DNA of 63,721 bases, filler included, from Candidatus Omnitrophota bacterium (GCA_023140385.1; 6 parts of 6 records of this genome joined end to end with filler, not necessarily neighbours in it), one strand, 5' to 3'; counted from the first letter of the whole stretch, positions 31,497 through 42,721 are shown. Numbers and translations: made by a program. Notes: a model not told the origin generated them from the letters alone.

Positions 31497-32546
31497 CTAA
31501 ACGGTTTCTTTGAGTTTCTGATTTTCTCTTTCCAACTCTTCAACTCTTTTCCTAAGCTCTTTGATTTCTCTAAACATCTCCGGCAGTCTCTGGACGCAGG
31601 CATTTACTCTCTTAGCCATATGGTGCGGTTTAGCCGGGTATCCCGAAACCTTCGAATTCGGCGGTACTGATTTGGTCACTCCCGCCTGGGCGGCTACTAC
31701 AGAATTATCTCCGATCGTTATGTGGCCAACCATACCGGACTGGCCGGCCAAAATAACCTCTTTACCTATGACAGTGCTTCCTGAAATGCCCGTCTGAGCC
31801 ACAACTATGGAATTTTCACCAATTATTACGTTGTGGGCAATCTGCACCAAATTATCAATCTTGGTTCCTCTGCCTACAACAGTTTTATCAAAGCGCGCCC
31901 TATCAATTGTCACATTGGCGCCAATTTCAACGTCATCCTCCAAAACCACCGTCCCTATCTGAGGAATCTTATGGTGGACTCCCTTAACAGTCGCGAATCC
32001 AAAGCCGTCACTGCCGATGACACTGCCTGAATGAATGATAACTCTATCACCTATGATTATCCGCTCTCTAACCGCGGCACCCGGATATATCAAAACATCC
32101 TTACCAACTGTTGTATGCTGGCCGATATAGACACCGCTGTAGATTATAGAGCCGTCGCCTATTCTGGCGTTATCCTCAATAACCGCGTACGCCTGAACAG
32201 CTACGTTTTTACCCAACTTAACGTTTTCTCCTATAATAGCAGCCGGATGAATACCCTCAGGATGTTTTATTTCATTAGGAGCGAGCAAAGATACCAATTT
32301 GGCAAAAGCCAGAGATGGATTCTTGGTCTTGATTATTGACTTCGGCGCCGCCTGAATTTCTTCAGAGGTTAAAATGGCGGACGCGTTGGTCGTTTCCGCC
32401 AGGGATAAATATTTATTGTTAGCAATAAAGGTCAAGTCACCTTTTTTAGCCTCCTTTATCCCTGAGATGCCCGTAATTGCTATGTTTTCATCTCCAATTA
32501 CCGTGCCATCAACTAATTTCGCTATTTCCTTAAGTGTTGTTTTCAT
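31497..32546 (-). CDS. lpxD: UDP-3-O-acylglucosamine N-acyltransferase
   Basis: GSDGFGF and [12 protein letters not shown] motifs; hexapeptide repeats. Confidence 0.96.
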   Translation of the reverse strand: MKTTLKEIAKLVDGTVIGDENIAITGISGIKEAKKGDLTFIANNKYLSLAETTNASAILTSEEIQAAPKSIIKTKNPSLAFAKLVSLLAPNEIKHPEGIHPAAIIGENVKLGKNVAVQAYAVIEDNARIGDGSIIYSGVYIGQHTTVGKDVLIYPGAAVRERIIIGDRVIIHSGSVIGSDGFGFATVKGVHHKIPQIGTVVLEDDVEIGANVTIDRARFDKTVVGRGTKIDNLVQIAHNVIIGENSIVVAQTGISGSTVIGKEVILAGQSGMVGHITIGDNSVVAAQAGVTKSVPPNSKVSGYPAKPHHMAKRVNACVQRLPEMFREIKELRKRVEELERENQKLKETV

Positions 32547-32568
32547 ACCGACAACCTCTATAAATTAG

Positions 32569-33093
32569 TTATCTACCTTTATACCGTTTGTTTAAGGTAT
32601 CGAGAACCTTCTCCGTTAAATCACAACTACTATCACCATATAATATAAATCGCTGGTTAAAAATAAACGTATAGCCATCCTTTTTCGCGATTTCCTTAAT
32701 CACTCCATCAAATTCTTTTATAATTTCTTTAGCCGCGTCATCTTTTTCTTTTAACAGCTCCTTACTCACTTTTTTATCAAATTCCTGCAGTTTTTTTATT
32801 TTCTCGGCAATGTCTTTCTTTTTCTTTTCTTTTTCTTTTTCACTGGATATTTCTATCTGATCTTTTATTTTTTTTATTTGAGATACCAGCTTCTCGCGCT
32901 CTACCTGCTTCTTCTTCCCCTTCTTCCCCAGCTTTTCTTCAGCCGTAATCGTTTTTTTGTAATTATTAAAAACTTTAACAAAGTCAACATAGCCGAATTT
33001 AGCTTCCGCGAAACTAAGACTATTAATCGCCAAAGTTGAAACCAAAGAAAACAATACCGCCAACACCCATATCTTCAATAACTTATTCATCAA
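32569..33093 (-). CDS. skp: OmpH/Skp chaperone
   Basis: Signal peptide, KFGYVD, coiled coil, DLTEKVL; lies between bamA and lpxD. Confidence 0.9.
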   Translation of the reverse strand: MMNKLLKIWVLAVLFSLVSTLAINSLSFAEAKFGYVDFVKVFNNYKKTITAEEKLGKKGKKKQVEREKLVSQIKKIKDQIEISSEKEKEKKKKDIAEKIKKLQEFDKKVSKELLKEKDDAAKEIIKEFDGVIKEIAKKDGYTFIFNQRFILYGDSSCDLTEKVLDTLNKRYKGR

Positions 33094-33111
33094 AAAACCT
33101 CCCGCGTTTTT

Positions 33112-35397
33112 TTAAAATCCTCTACTCATGCTAAAATGAAATCTACCATCTTTTTTATCTCCGGGATCGTCACTAAGCCTAAAGCCATAATCCAGTTTAA
33201 CCGGACCAATGGGAGTCTTTACTCTTACGCCCAATCCCGCGCCGGACTTAAAGCCGTCAGCAAAGCCTCTAACTTCACTCCAGACATTGCCTACATCATA
33301 AAACACCGCTCCTTTGATATTTTTCATTACCGGAAAAGTATATTCCAGGTTACCAATCAGCATAGAGTTCCCGCCTACAGGTTCTCCGCACTTTTTAGGA
33401 CCTACGTGCCTCTCACGGTAACCTCTAATTGTATTAGCGCCGCCGGCATAAAACCTTTCATAAATGGGAACCATATTAGTACCATTGTATTTATCAGCTA
33501 CGCCTCCCCGGAGCCTTACTTCAAAGGTAAACTTTTCAAAGTGTGTAAAGTACCAATTAAGGTCGCTATAATATTTAATAAATTCTCTATCTCCTCCCAA
33601 AAGTCCCCCCGTTGCTTCTATTGAATTCTCAATTGTTCCGCCGCTTTTAGGATTAAAAACGTTATCCCTGGTATCCCTGATTAGAGTTAGAGAAAAACTG
33701 CTCAGCGTATTTCTGCCTTCTTCTTCCCAAACGTCCGGCACGTTCTCTCTGGTAATCCAATCAGGAATATCTCCAAGCTCTATCTCTTCAAGCTTGTACA
33801 TACTATTTAATCTCAGGTTATCTCCGAACCGCCAACCTAAACGCAGGTCACCTCCCAATCTGTTTTCCTCATAAATATCTCTTGACCTGTACCGGTTGTA
33901 AAGGTCAAATCCGAAAGAAACCGGCTTATTAAAAAGCCAAGGCTCGGTAAAACTTAAGTCATAACGCTTCTTCTCACTTCCAAACTCACATCTTACGGTT
34001 ACCTGCTGGCCATCCCCGGTAAGGGTAGGAAAGTTTTTATAATCAAAGTTGCGCTGCCTCAGCTCCACAAAACCAATAAACTTATCTACCGAACTATAGC
34101 CCGCGCCAAAACTGACCTCGCCGGTTTTTGTTTCCTTTACATTAACAATTAAATTTTTCTTGTTCGGAGCAGAACCCGGCTCTGTATCATAAGTGATCTC
34201 TTCAAAATAACCAAGATTATTTAGATTTCGCTTGCTTCTTCTTAACTTTTTTCCATCAAAGACGCCGCCGGGAGTTACCGCCAGTTCTCTTCTGATAACT
34301 ATATCTTTGGTCTTATCGTTTCCCCTTATTTCAATCCTCTCTATGTAAACCCGCTCTCTTTCCTCTATGCTATAGGTGATATTCATTTGCTGAAGTTCTT
34401 TATTAAAAATAACATCGGGTGCTGTTCCAGCTGATATATAGCCCTTCTCAAAGTAGATTTCATTTATAGCGGCTACATCTTTTTCCACACTGTCGGGAAT
34501 GTAAGTTGAGCCTTCGGACAAAGTCAATACGTCTCTTATCTCCTCTTCGCTGACAACTTCATTGCCCTTTACTTTTATCTCTCCAACCATATACTTGGAG
34601 CCTTCCTCAATCTTTACAACAAGCGCCATCTCCCCCTTATCTTTATCGTATTCCACCTCATAGCTCAAGCTGACACTTGAATATCCTCTATCAGTATAGA
34701 GTTTGTTTATTATTTTTATGTCGGCATCAAATTGCTTCTGAGAAAAAAAACCTGACGTAAGAAGCGTATCGCGCCGTGTTTTAATCGATTTCAAAATTTC
34801 CTTAGCGGATATGGCCTTGTTGCCCTCAATTTTAATAGCTTTAATGCGGTATCTCTTGCTCTCATCCACTAAAATAAAAACTCTGGCTTCACCCGACTCC
34901 CTATCTATCAAAACCTCCTCTTCAACTAAAACTAAATTGTAGCCTTCTTTAATATAAAACGCTTTTATTTTTGCTATATCCTGCTTTAACCGCATATAGT
35001 CAAGCGGCTGATCAATCTCAGATTCTATTAATTTTTTCAGCCTATCAGCCCTAATTTGTACGTTTCCCTTAAAAATTATCTCTTTCAGAAGAGCCTTCTC
35101 GGTAACGATAAAAGTAACCGCCACCCCGCTTTCATATTCTCCCAAATCCACACTAATATCTGTAAAATAGCCGGTCGCGTAAAGATTTTTAATATCTTCG
35201 TTTAAAACATTTTGAGAAAAAACAGAACCTATCTTTATTTTAATCTTAGAAAGAATTGTAGATGTGCTGATTAGCTTATTTTCTCTTACCTTAATGTCCG
35301 TTATCAGCTTGTCCAAATCATTCGCCTGAGCGGTTAAATTTGCATATTGGTTCAATAGTATAAGGAAAGCTATGATAAAAAAAAATTTTTTACTCAT
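33112..35397 (-). CDS. bamA: Outer membrane protein assembly factor BamA
   Basis: POTRA repeats, GGANTIRGY, TPIGPVKLDYG, C-terminal Phe. Confidence 0.95.
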   Translation of the reverse strand: MSKKFFFIIAFLILLNQYANLTAQANDLDKLITDIKVRENKLISTSTILSKIKIKIGSVFSQNVLNEDIKNLYATGYFTDISVDLGEYESGVAVTFIVTEKALLKEIIFKGNVQIRADRLKKLIESEIDQPLDYMRLKQDIAKIKAFYIKEGYNLVLVEEEVLIDRESGEARVFILVDESKRYRIKAIKIEGNKAISAKEILKSIKTRRDTLLTSGFFSQKQFDADIKIINKLYTDRGYSSVSLSYEVEYDKDKGEMALVVKIEEGSKYMVGEIKVKGNEVVSEEEIRDVLTLSEGSTYIPDSVEKDVAAINEIYFEKGYISAGTAPDVIFNKELQQMNITYSIEERERVYIERIEIRGNDKTKDIVIRRELAVTPGGVFDGKKLRRSKRNLNNLGYFEEITYDTEPGSAPNKKNLIVNVKETKTGEVSFGAGYSSVDKFIGFVELRQRNFDYKNFPTLTGDGQQVTVRCEFGSEKKRYDLSFTEPWLFNKPVSFGFDLYNRYRSRDIYEENRLGGDLRLGWRFGDNLRLNSMYKLEEIELGDIPDWITRENVPDVWEEEGRNTLSSFSLTLIRDTRDNVFNPKSGGTIENSIEATGGLLGGDREFIKYYSDLNWYFTHFEKFTFEVRLRGGVADKYNGTNMVPIYERFYAGGANTIRGYRERHVGPKKCGEPVGGNSMLIGNLEYTFPVMKNIKGAVFYDVGNVWSEVRGFADGFKSGAGLGVRVKTPIGPVKLDYGFRLSDDPGDKKDGRFHFSMSRGF

Positions 35398-35472
35398 TTT
35401 TTAGTATATTATCATATTATTTCTTAAAAGTAAACCTAAATCCTTAAAGTTTTTTCGGCCAAAAAAACCGCC

Positions 35473-36834
35473 TTATAGCATAGCCTCTTCCTGGGCATAA
35501 TTTTCAAACCTGGCAAACTCTTTTATAAAGGTTAAAAACATAGATCCGGTGGGCCCGTTTCTCTGTTTGGCAATGTTTACTTCAGCCTTTCCCTTATTTT
35601 CTTCGGTAGGGGTATAATATTCCTCCCTTAACAGCAGGACAACTACGTCAGCATCCTGCTCTATAGCGCCCGACTCCCTCAAATCAGAAAGCTGAGGCTT
35701 ACGGTCTATTCTGCTTTCCACGGCGCGGGAAAGCTGGCTGACAGCTATTACCGGCACACGCAGTTCCCTGGCCAGGGACTTTAATGCCCTTGAGATATCG
35801 GAAATCTCCTGCTGCCTGTTGTCAGACCTGCTTTTACCATCCATAAGCTGTAAATAATCAAGCATAATAAGCTTAATATCAAACTGAGACTTAAGCCTTC
35901 TTGCCTTGGCCCTTAACTCCAGAACGGAAATACCGGCTGTATCATCAATATAGATAGGCGCTTCTGAAAGACGGCCTGCCGCGTTAGTCAGATTAGGCCA
36001 GTCTTGCTGTGATAAATATCCGGTTCTTACGTTTTGTAAATTCACTCTGGCGTGCGAGCAAAGCATCCTCTGAACCAACTGCTCCTTGGACATTTCCAGA
36101 CTAAAAACCGCTACCGGCAGCCCTTGCTTAACAGCCGCGTTTTCAACCATACACAATGCCAGGGAAGTCTTCCCCATAGACGGCCTTCCGGCAACGACTA
36201 TAAGATCTGAAACCTGCAGTCCGGCAGTCATCACGTCAAACTTAGTAAAACCGGTAGCAATTCCGGTTATATGGGTCTTCCTTTGATAAAGATTGTCAAT
36301 AGTCTCAATGCTATCTTTAATAATGTCCTTTAAAGGCGTAAAGCTCGGCTCTATTTTTCTGCTTGTAATGTCAAAAATTGCCTTTTCAGATCTATCCAGA
36401 AGGACTTCCACATCTCCATCCTTCTCTTCATAACCATCGGTAATAATTTGCGTCGCGGTGTTAATCAATTTGCGCAGAACACTTTTTTCCCTGACAATTT
36501 TCGCGTAATGCTCTACGTTAGCGGCGGTAGGAACATCGGCGGACAGCGACATCAAATAAGCGGGGCCGCCAACTTCATCCAGCAATCCCCGCTTTTTAAG
36601 TTCTTCGGTGACGATTATTAAATCTATAGCTTTATTTTGGGAGAATAAATTGCAGATAGTTAAAAAGATTTTGCCATTTGAACTTTTATAAAAATCTTCT
36701 TCTTTTAAAAGCTCAATAGCGGAGGAAACGGCTGACTCTTCAATCAACATCGATCCTAAAACGGCACTTTCAGCCTCTAAATTTTGCGGCGGCACACGTT
36801 CAATTAAGTTGTTCTTAAGCCTGGTCCCATTCAT
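35473..36834 (-). CDS. dnaB: Replicative DNA helicase
   Basis: PPQNLEAE, GRPSMGKT, FSLEM, DYLQL and DLRESGAIEQDAD motifs; no intein. ATG overlaps the rplI stop. Confidence 0.97.
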   Translation of the reverse strand: MNGTRLKNNLIERVPPQNLEAESAVLGSMLIEESAVSSAIELLKEEDFYKSSNGKIFLTICNLFSQNKAIDLIIVTEELKKRGLLDEVGGPAYLMSLSADVPTAANVEHYAKIVREKSVLRKLINTATQIITDGYEEKDGDVEVLLDRSEKAIFDITSRKIEPSFTPLKDIIKDSIETIDNLYQRKTHITGIATGFTKFDVMTAGLQVSDLIVVAGRPSMGKTSLALCMVENAAVKQGLPVAVFSLEMSKEQLVQRMLCSHARVNLQNVRTGYLSQQDWPNLTNAAGRLSEAPIYIDDTAGISVLELRAKARRLKSQFDIKLIMLDYLQLMDGKSRSDNRQQEISDISRALKSLARELRVPVIAVSQLSRAVESRIDRKPQLSDLRESGAIEQDADVVVLLLREEYYTPTEENKGKAEVNIAKQRNGPTGSMFLTFIKEFARFENYAQEEAML

Positions 36835-37280
36835 TATTCTTTCACTATCCACACCTTAATGGTAGCTATAACCTCTGGATAGACTTTAACCGGAATCTGG
36901 TAAACTCCAAGCTGTTTTATCGGCTCTTCCAACTGAATTTTCTTTTTGTCAATCTCTCCTGTCTTCTGCCTGACGCAGTCTGCTATATCCTGGGCCGTAA
37001 CCGCCCCAAAGAGTTTATCATCTACACCGGCCTTTCTGGAGATTGTATAAGAGTGCGAAGACAACTCCGCGGCCAAAGCCAGAGCGTTTTCTTTTTCCTT
37101 TTCTTCTTTAAATCTTTGCTTAACCTGTTCTTCTTTTAAAATCTTGACGCTGGCCGAAGACGACTCCAGGGCCAGCCCCTTAGGTATCAAAAAATTTCTG
37201 GCATAGCCGTTCTTCACCTTTTTTACTTCACCTTTACAACCCAGCTTATCAACATCAACCTTTAGAATAACTTCAATCAT
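36834..37280 (-). CDS. rplI: 50S ribosomal protein L9
   Basis: VKNGYARNFLIPKGLA and KLFGAVT motifs. Confidence 0.96.
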   Translation of the reverse strand: MIEVILKVDVDKLGCKGEVKKVKNGYARNFLIPKGLALESSSASVKILKEEQVKQRFKEEKEKENALALAAELSSHSYTISRKAGVDDKLFGAVTAQDIADCVRQKTGEIDKKKIQLEEPIKQLGVYQIPVKVYPEVIATIKVWIVKE

Positions 37281-37328
37281 ATGCTTACCTCTCTACGCGT
37301 TTAATCAAAACAACCAAATCTGTAAAAG

Positions 37329-37513
37329 TTAATGCTTGGAAGTATAGGATAAAAGAGCCATATAGCGGGCTCTCTTGATACCCGTAACAAGTTGTCTTTG
37401 GTGCCTGGCACAGGTACCCGTAATCCTTGAAGGAACAATTTTACCCCTTTCGTTAATATAATTTTGAAGGGTAATTACATCCTTGTAATCAATTTTTTTA
37501 ACCTCTTTCGCCT
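37329..37513 (-). CDS. rpsR: 30S ribosomal protein S18, 5'-truncated (absent from ORF track)
   Basis: Translates ...[55 protein letters not shown]. Confidence 0.93.
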
Positions 37514-37613
37514 NNNNNNNNNNNNNNNNNNNNNNNNNNNNNNNNNNNNNNNNNNNNTTAATTAATTAANNNNNNNNNNNNNNNNNNNNNNNNNNNNNNN
37601 NNNNNNNNNNNNN

Positions 37614-40600
37614 TCAATTTCCAAAAGAAGTTCCCATATGGCCCGGGGCCTTTGATACTGTTCCGGGCCTGACGGACGCGCTTTCATGGTGGGCACCCGC
37701 CAGCTTTCAGGTGTATTAAACCAGAATGCTGTTTTCGGATTTTCATACGTGTTAAAATAAACACCGTAAGCAGTATGTAATGCCTCTTTTTTTAATCCGG
37801 CATGATACATCAAAGCCGCGAGAAAATATGTTGAACCTGTCCAGACTTCATCCGACTGCAATGTCCCAATCAAGGTTCCATCTTCCTTAATAGCATTTAT
37901 TGCTCCAATATCTCCAATGCCGTCTCCAGTATAATCCTTCATCGGCTTCACACACCTTTCAAAAGTTTGAAGCAGATGAACTTTCATTCTTTCCCCGGGT
38001 AAAATATCAGCCAACCCGTATTTACCGCAATATAACTGTCCATTTAACCCGTCACTCATGATAGCGGTTGGAAATTTGCCTTTGGTGTCCATCTTATAAT
38101 ACTCTTTGCCGGGCATCCACAGTTGGGCATCAAGATTCTTTTTAGCATTTTCCAGCCACTCTCTCACCTCCGGCAAAATTGGGTCTTTTTTAATTATTGC
38201 CATCTGCTCAAAACATTCAAGCGAGCCAACCCAAAGTCCGCCGCATAAAAGGCTTGTCCCATACAACCCCCACGCGTCATATGTATTGTCCGACCCGCTA
38301 TTATCAGGCAAATAATCTTTATTTTTATCCGTTGATTTCATAAAACCATATACAGCTTTACAGGCAGGCCATACATAATCCAAAAAATCCCTGTCCTCAT
38401 AAAGATAATAATAACGCCAGCACTGCTGTACGAATTTCGGTGATAAATCCTTCCAGTACACAAGGTCGGGAATATCATGACGGTACACATCAAATTTAAA
38501 AAAAGGATCGCATTTTCTCGGATCTCCAACATCATGAGGAACAAGCCCTTTCGGAACGGGTTTCTCGAATTGAAAATACAGCGTCCCATCAACAAAACAT
38601 CTCAAAGCATCACGTTCAATCTGAGGCCAGAACTTCGCGAAAACGATAGAAGAATAGTGTCTTACATCAAGTGTATTCGCGGAAGTATACACAGGGCTTT
38701 CCATAACATAATGTTTATGGTCATCCTCATGAAGGCCCATAAACTCCCGGTCATGGCCGCTCCTTAAACCCGCTTCATAAAAACATCCGCCAATCTGGTT
38801 ATAATATAACTCATTAAAAGCGGCACATTTCAACCAATCCGGGTATTTTTTATTATTAATAACCGGACGCATCCAATCATCAATTTTCTTTTCCCACTTT
38901 CCATAATTATTCAGTGCTTCTTTAGCAATAGCCGCGCTATTATTTCCGCCGCGGCTAAAATACTCTGTATATTTTTTCCACCATTCAGTCCCGGAATTAA
39001 ACCTCACCAGCGGAAAATCCCAGGATATAACAAAAGGAACAATACGTTCTTCTCCCGGTTTGAGCTTAAAATTTACCGCTACCGCGGCCGCTTTATGGGA
39101 ATCATCAAGGTTTCCATTATTCAAAACACCGCCGCTTTTAAACTGCCCCCAGATATCCGCACCGCTTCCTTTTCCATTCCAACTCGTCGTATATGAAACA
39201 GACCCTCCATCTAATTCCTTAGAAGCAATACACCACTCTCCAATACCTTTTTTAGACCTCATAACTACGCCGGTTATATCTTTCTCCCTGCCTGCCGGTA
39301 GGCATGGCCTGATAGGAGAATTTTTAAATTGGCGTTCACTGATATTCTCTCCGACATAAACCCCGGGAAAGGTAAGCATTACCCCAATCTCGATATTTTC
39401 ATCCGTGGGATTATAAAATTTAAACTGCCATATCCCCACAGGATATGATGTCTCCCGGTAGTTATGCGGTATAATGGGGCTGAAAAACTTCTGGCTGATA
39501 TCTGTTTCAAAACAGTTATATGAAATCCATCCCTTGGGCTGCAGTCCATAATAAATGCCATCTCCCGTTCTGATTTTATCCCAGGCTTTTTTGAGATACC
39601 GCCCGGTCGCCAAACATTTTACTTCAGGTTTTTTATTCCCTTTTTTTTCAAATACGTGAAACGCGGCTTCAGGAAGCCATATGCCTTTATAGAGCGTACT
39701 ATCAAACGTCTGAAAAGGGCCAAAAGAACCGTTTATAGTGTACATAAATGAACCGGCCCCAAAACCGCCCAACGCGACACCCCTGTCGGGGCTGCTGCTA
39801 ATACAACCGTCAGGAATGTCGCCCAAATAACGCTTCCAGGCACATTCCGGAACTTTAAAAAAATTCCTATCTGACAAAGAAATAGGTACACCATGGATTT
39901 TTTCAGAACCCGGACTCTCGTTACCGGTAAAATCAATAGCTCTCACGTAATAATAATATTCAATGCCGGCGGCGGCAGTTTCATCTTTGTATTTTGACTC
40001 TTTTGCGGGCCTGGCATTTAATTTGACAAAACCTGTATCTTTTCCGGAAGAACGGTAAATATCATAAAAATGAAAATCGGGTTCCCTATTGTCTTTCCAA
40101 TCTAAGAAAACTATTTTATCGGTAAATACTCCCGACAAACCGCTTGGAGCTGAAGGAATTAACCCATCATCTAATTTTGCAATTTCTATTTTAAATTCAA
40201 AAATTGAATATCCCCAGTCGGTAGCACGTTTAACACCATACATTCTGACATATCGCGCTTTCTGTTTGCCGACATAAATGATATCAGTACACCCATCTCC
40301 ATATTCTTCCGTATATACAGTTTCCCAGTTTTTTAAATCATCAGAAATCTGTATTTTGTAAACAGCAGCATGAGCCATTTCCCAAAGTATATTCATTGAA
40401 TCAAACATTTTCGGGGATCCAAGGTCAAAACATATCCATTGCGGATCAGACTGTTCCGATGCCCACCGCGTATGAATATTGCCGTCAAAAGCATTCTCTC
40501 CCCTTAGCTCCGGCCTATCATTTTCAATAGAAGAAACCGAAACCTTTTCAATCTTCAGCTCTTTACAAAAAGCGCCTGAAGAAAAAAGAAAACCCGCTGT

Positions 40601-40636
40601 AAGTATAACTACTAAGATTAAAAGTTTTTTTAACAT
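37614..40636 (-). CDS. Secreted GH116 beta-glucosidase/glucosylceramidase with F5/8-type C (CBM32-like) and FN3-like domains; 3' end at contig edge
   Basis: Signal peptide; AFDGNIHTRWAS...ARYVR (discoidin); YYYVRAID (FN3); GVALGGFGAGS, FNELYY, DNTYDAW, EVWTG and TPE (GH116). Confidence 0.87.
39287..39307. repeat. 21-bp REP-like palindrome in frame in GH116
   Basis: CCTGCCTGCCGGTAGGCATGG encodes PCLPAGR; related to 44902-44931. Confidence 0.7.
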
Positions 40637-40880
40637 TTTATCTCCACATAGACACTTCCACTCATTTATACCAGAAATCAGCCCAAAAAGCAACCGGATT
40701 GAGCTTACAAGCCACCAACGAGAAGAAACCACTATGTCCCACCTCGTAGGTGGGATAGCGGTTAGGAAATTCTTGATGTTAAAATTGAGGATATGCAGAA
40801 AGCATCGCGAGATAACTCAAGATGAAAATGCTAACTTCAAAATCAGTGCTACCAACATAATAGTCAGAACGACTAAAACT

Positions 40881-40933
40881 GCACAGCACCACGTAGGGTT
40901 TTGTGCGTACACCGAACTCTACGTGGTTCGGTG
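40881..40933. repeat. Inverted pair of 24-bp hairpin repeats at the tRNA-Ala 3' end
   Basis: CACAGCACCACGTAGGGTTTTGTG (+) and CACCGAACCACGTAGAGTTCGGTG (-); homolog at 58678-58701. Confidence 0.7.
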
Positions 40934-41007
40934 GTGGACCGAGGGGGACTCGAACCCCCGACCTCCTGATTGCGAACCAGGCGTTCTCCCAACTGAACTA
41001 CCGGCCC
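40932..41007 (-). tRNA. tRNA-Ala(CGC)
   Basis: 76 nt, G3:U70, anticodon loop TT-CGC-AA, encoded CCA. Confidence 0.95.
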
Positions 41008-41011
41008 AAAC

Positions 41012-41620
41012 TTATTTTCCACCCGCTTTCTTCCTGACAAATAACAAAGGAAATATAATATCACTTACACAACACGGCAGCCAAACAGCTAAAAACAAAA
41101 AGAAGAAGATGACCGCGTAGGAAAACCAGTTTAACATCCCGCTTGCGGCCATAAGAATATGAAACAGTGACGCCCAGGTGCTGAGAAGTACATGGCCGGC
41201 GTGGGGAAATTTGGTCCTTGGCCTGAAATAGGCTATGGCAATACCCAAAAAGGCCAAAGGATTAACCAGCCACCACTTATCAATAAATCCCAGATGAATT
41301 CCTCTGTTTGGCAGATTGAGTAAGGTCTCCGCTATATAAGGAATAATCGAATCACTTAAGGTCGCGATACCTATAGAACCAAAATAACCTATTAAAATTA
41401 ATGCCCAGATCTTTGGTTTACCTTCGTGATGAATCTTAAACATAGAACCCGTCACCAGCGCGCTTAGAACTACGTGGAGCGGATGCAGGGTATAAAAAAT
41501 TTTATGCGACACATCAAAAGAGACATTTTTGGCAAGAAACATAATAACGATTCCGGTAATCGCGCCGAAAAAAGTAAAAGGGGCGTGCTTTTTCAACTCC
41601 TTAATTATTCTCTCTAACAC
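41012..41620 (-). CDS. Conserved-looking His-rich membrane protein
   Basis: About 6 TM helices; HAPFT, HPLHV, PHAGHV and PCCVSD motifs. Confidence 0.75.
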   Translation of the reverse strand: MLERIIKELKKHAPFTFFGAITGIVIMFLAKNVSFDVSHKIFYTLHPLHVVLSALVTGSMFKIHHEGKPKIWALILIGYFGSIGIATLSDSIIPYIAETLLNLPNRGIHLGFIDKWWLVNPLAFLGIAIAYFRPRTKFPHAGHVLLSTWASLFHILMAASGMLNWFSYAVIFFFLFLAVWLPCCVSDIIFPLLFVRKKAGGK

Positions 41621-41647
41621 TGTCCACCTCTTTTTATTTTATTGATT

Positions 41648-42721
41648 TTATACATTAAACCTGATGCCGATTATATCACCGTCCTCAACAATGTAGTCCT
41701 TGCCTTTCAGATAAAACTTCCCCGCCTCTTTTACCTTCTTCTCATCACCAAGCTCCATCAAATCATCAAACTTTACCACCTCAGCCCGAATAAAACCTCT
41801 TTCCATGTCTGAATGTATCGCGCCGGCGGCCTCGGGCGCCGATGAACCGGTTTTAATGGTCCACTGCCTAACCTCATCAGAGCCGACCGTAAAAAAAGAT
41901 ATTAAATTTAAGGCTCTTATGCATAAACCGGTAAGAAGATTTATGGCCGGCTCTTTTATATCCAGCGCCTCTAGAAACTCTTTTTTTTCATTCTCTACCT
42001 CAAGTCCCGATATTTCCGCCTCTATCTGAGCCGATACCTGCATAATATCAACATCCAGCCTTTTATACTCCTGCTTCAGTCCATCGCGCAAAGCCGTGTT
42101 ATTAATATCATTCTCGGATACATTTAAAACAACAATCATCTTCTTTTGGGTGATAAAAGGATAGCTCGAAATTATCCTTCTCTCATTCTCTTCAAGCGCA
42201 AGCAATCTCAAAGGCAGTTCCTTATCTAACTGCTCTTTCAGTTTTCCCAAAAGCTCTTTTTCCTCTGCTAACACTTTTTCCTGTTTAACCTTAAGACTTT
42301 TGTTAATTCTCTCAAACCTTTTTTCAATAAAAAGCAGGTCGTTTAAGATAAGTTCTGAATTAACAAAATCTATATCGCGTTTGGGCTCCACACTGCCTTT
42401 AACGTGGTAAACGGTATCATCTTTAAATGTCCTTACTACATAGCAAACAGCATCCAAATCGGCCGCGTTCTCAAAGATTTTCGCGTTTAGTTCCGCGTCT
42501 TCCCCTATCTTTGAAAGAAGCTCAATGTCAATCCGGGCTCTTACCTGCTTTTGAGGTTTGTATAGTTCAGACAGTTTATCAAACCTTGTATCTTTTATTT
42601 CAGCAAGGCTCTTTACCGGTTTGTTTGATATTTTATCCTTTTCAGACAGCACGTAACCCGTCAAAGCTTTAAAGAGTGTCTTTTTACCTGCTTGCGGCAA
42701 TCCAATAATTCCTATCTTCAC
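41648..42721 (-). CDS. ychF: YchF/OLA1-like ATPase
   Basis: GIIGLPQAGKKT, FFTVGSDEVRQW, AGAIHSDMERGFIRAE and GKDYIVEDGD. Divergent G3 region (IELLSKIG instead of DIAG). Confidence 0.85.
   Translation of the reverse strand: MKIGIIGLPQAGKKTLFKALTGYVLSEKDKISNKPVKSLAEIKDTRFDKLSELYKPQKQVRARIDIELLSKIGEDAELNAKIFENAADLDAVCYVVRTFKDDTVYHVKGSVEPKRDIDFVNSELILNDLLFIEKRFERINKSLKVKQEKVLAEEKELLGKLKEQLDKELPLRLLALEENERRIISSYPFITQKKMIVVLNVSENDINNTALRDGLKQEYKRLDVDIMQVSAQIEAEISGLEVENEKKEFLEALDIKEPAINLLTGLCIRALNLISFFTVGSDEVRQWTIKTGSSAPEAAGAIHSDMERGFIRAEVVKFDDLMELGDEKKVKEAGKFYLKGKDYIVEDGDIIGIRFNV

Noticed and set aside
35473..36834. Intein in DnaB
   Set aside because: Normal length and contiguous motifs.
40479..41120. 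213-aa plus-strand ORF and 63-aa ORF 40873-41064
   Set aside because: They overlap tRNA-Ala, repeats and the GH116 start; shadow frames with no recognisable family.
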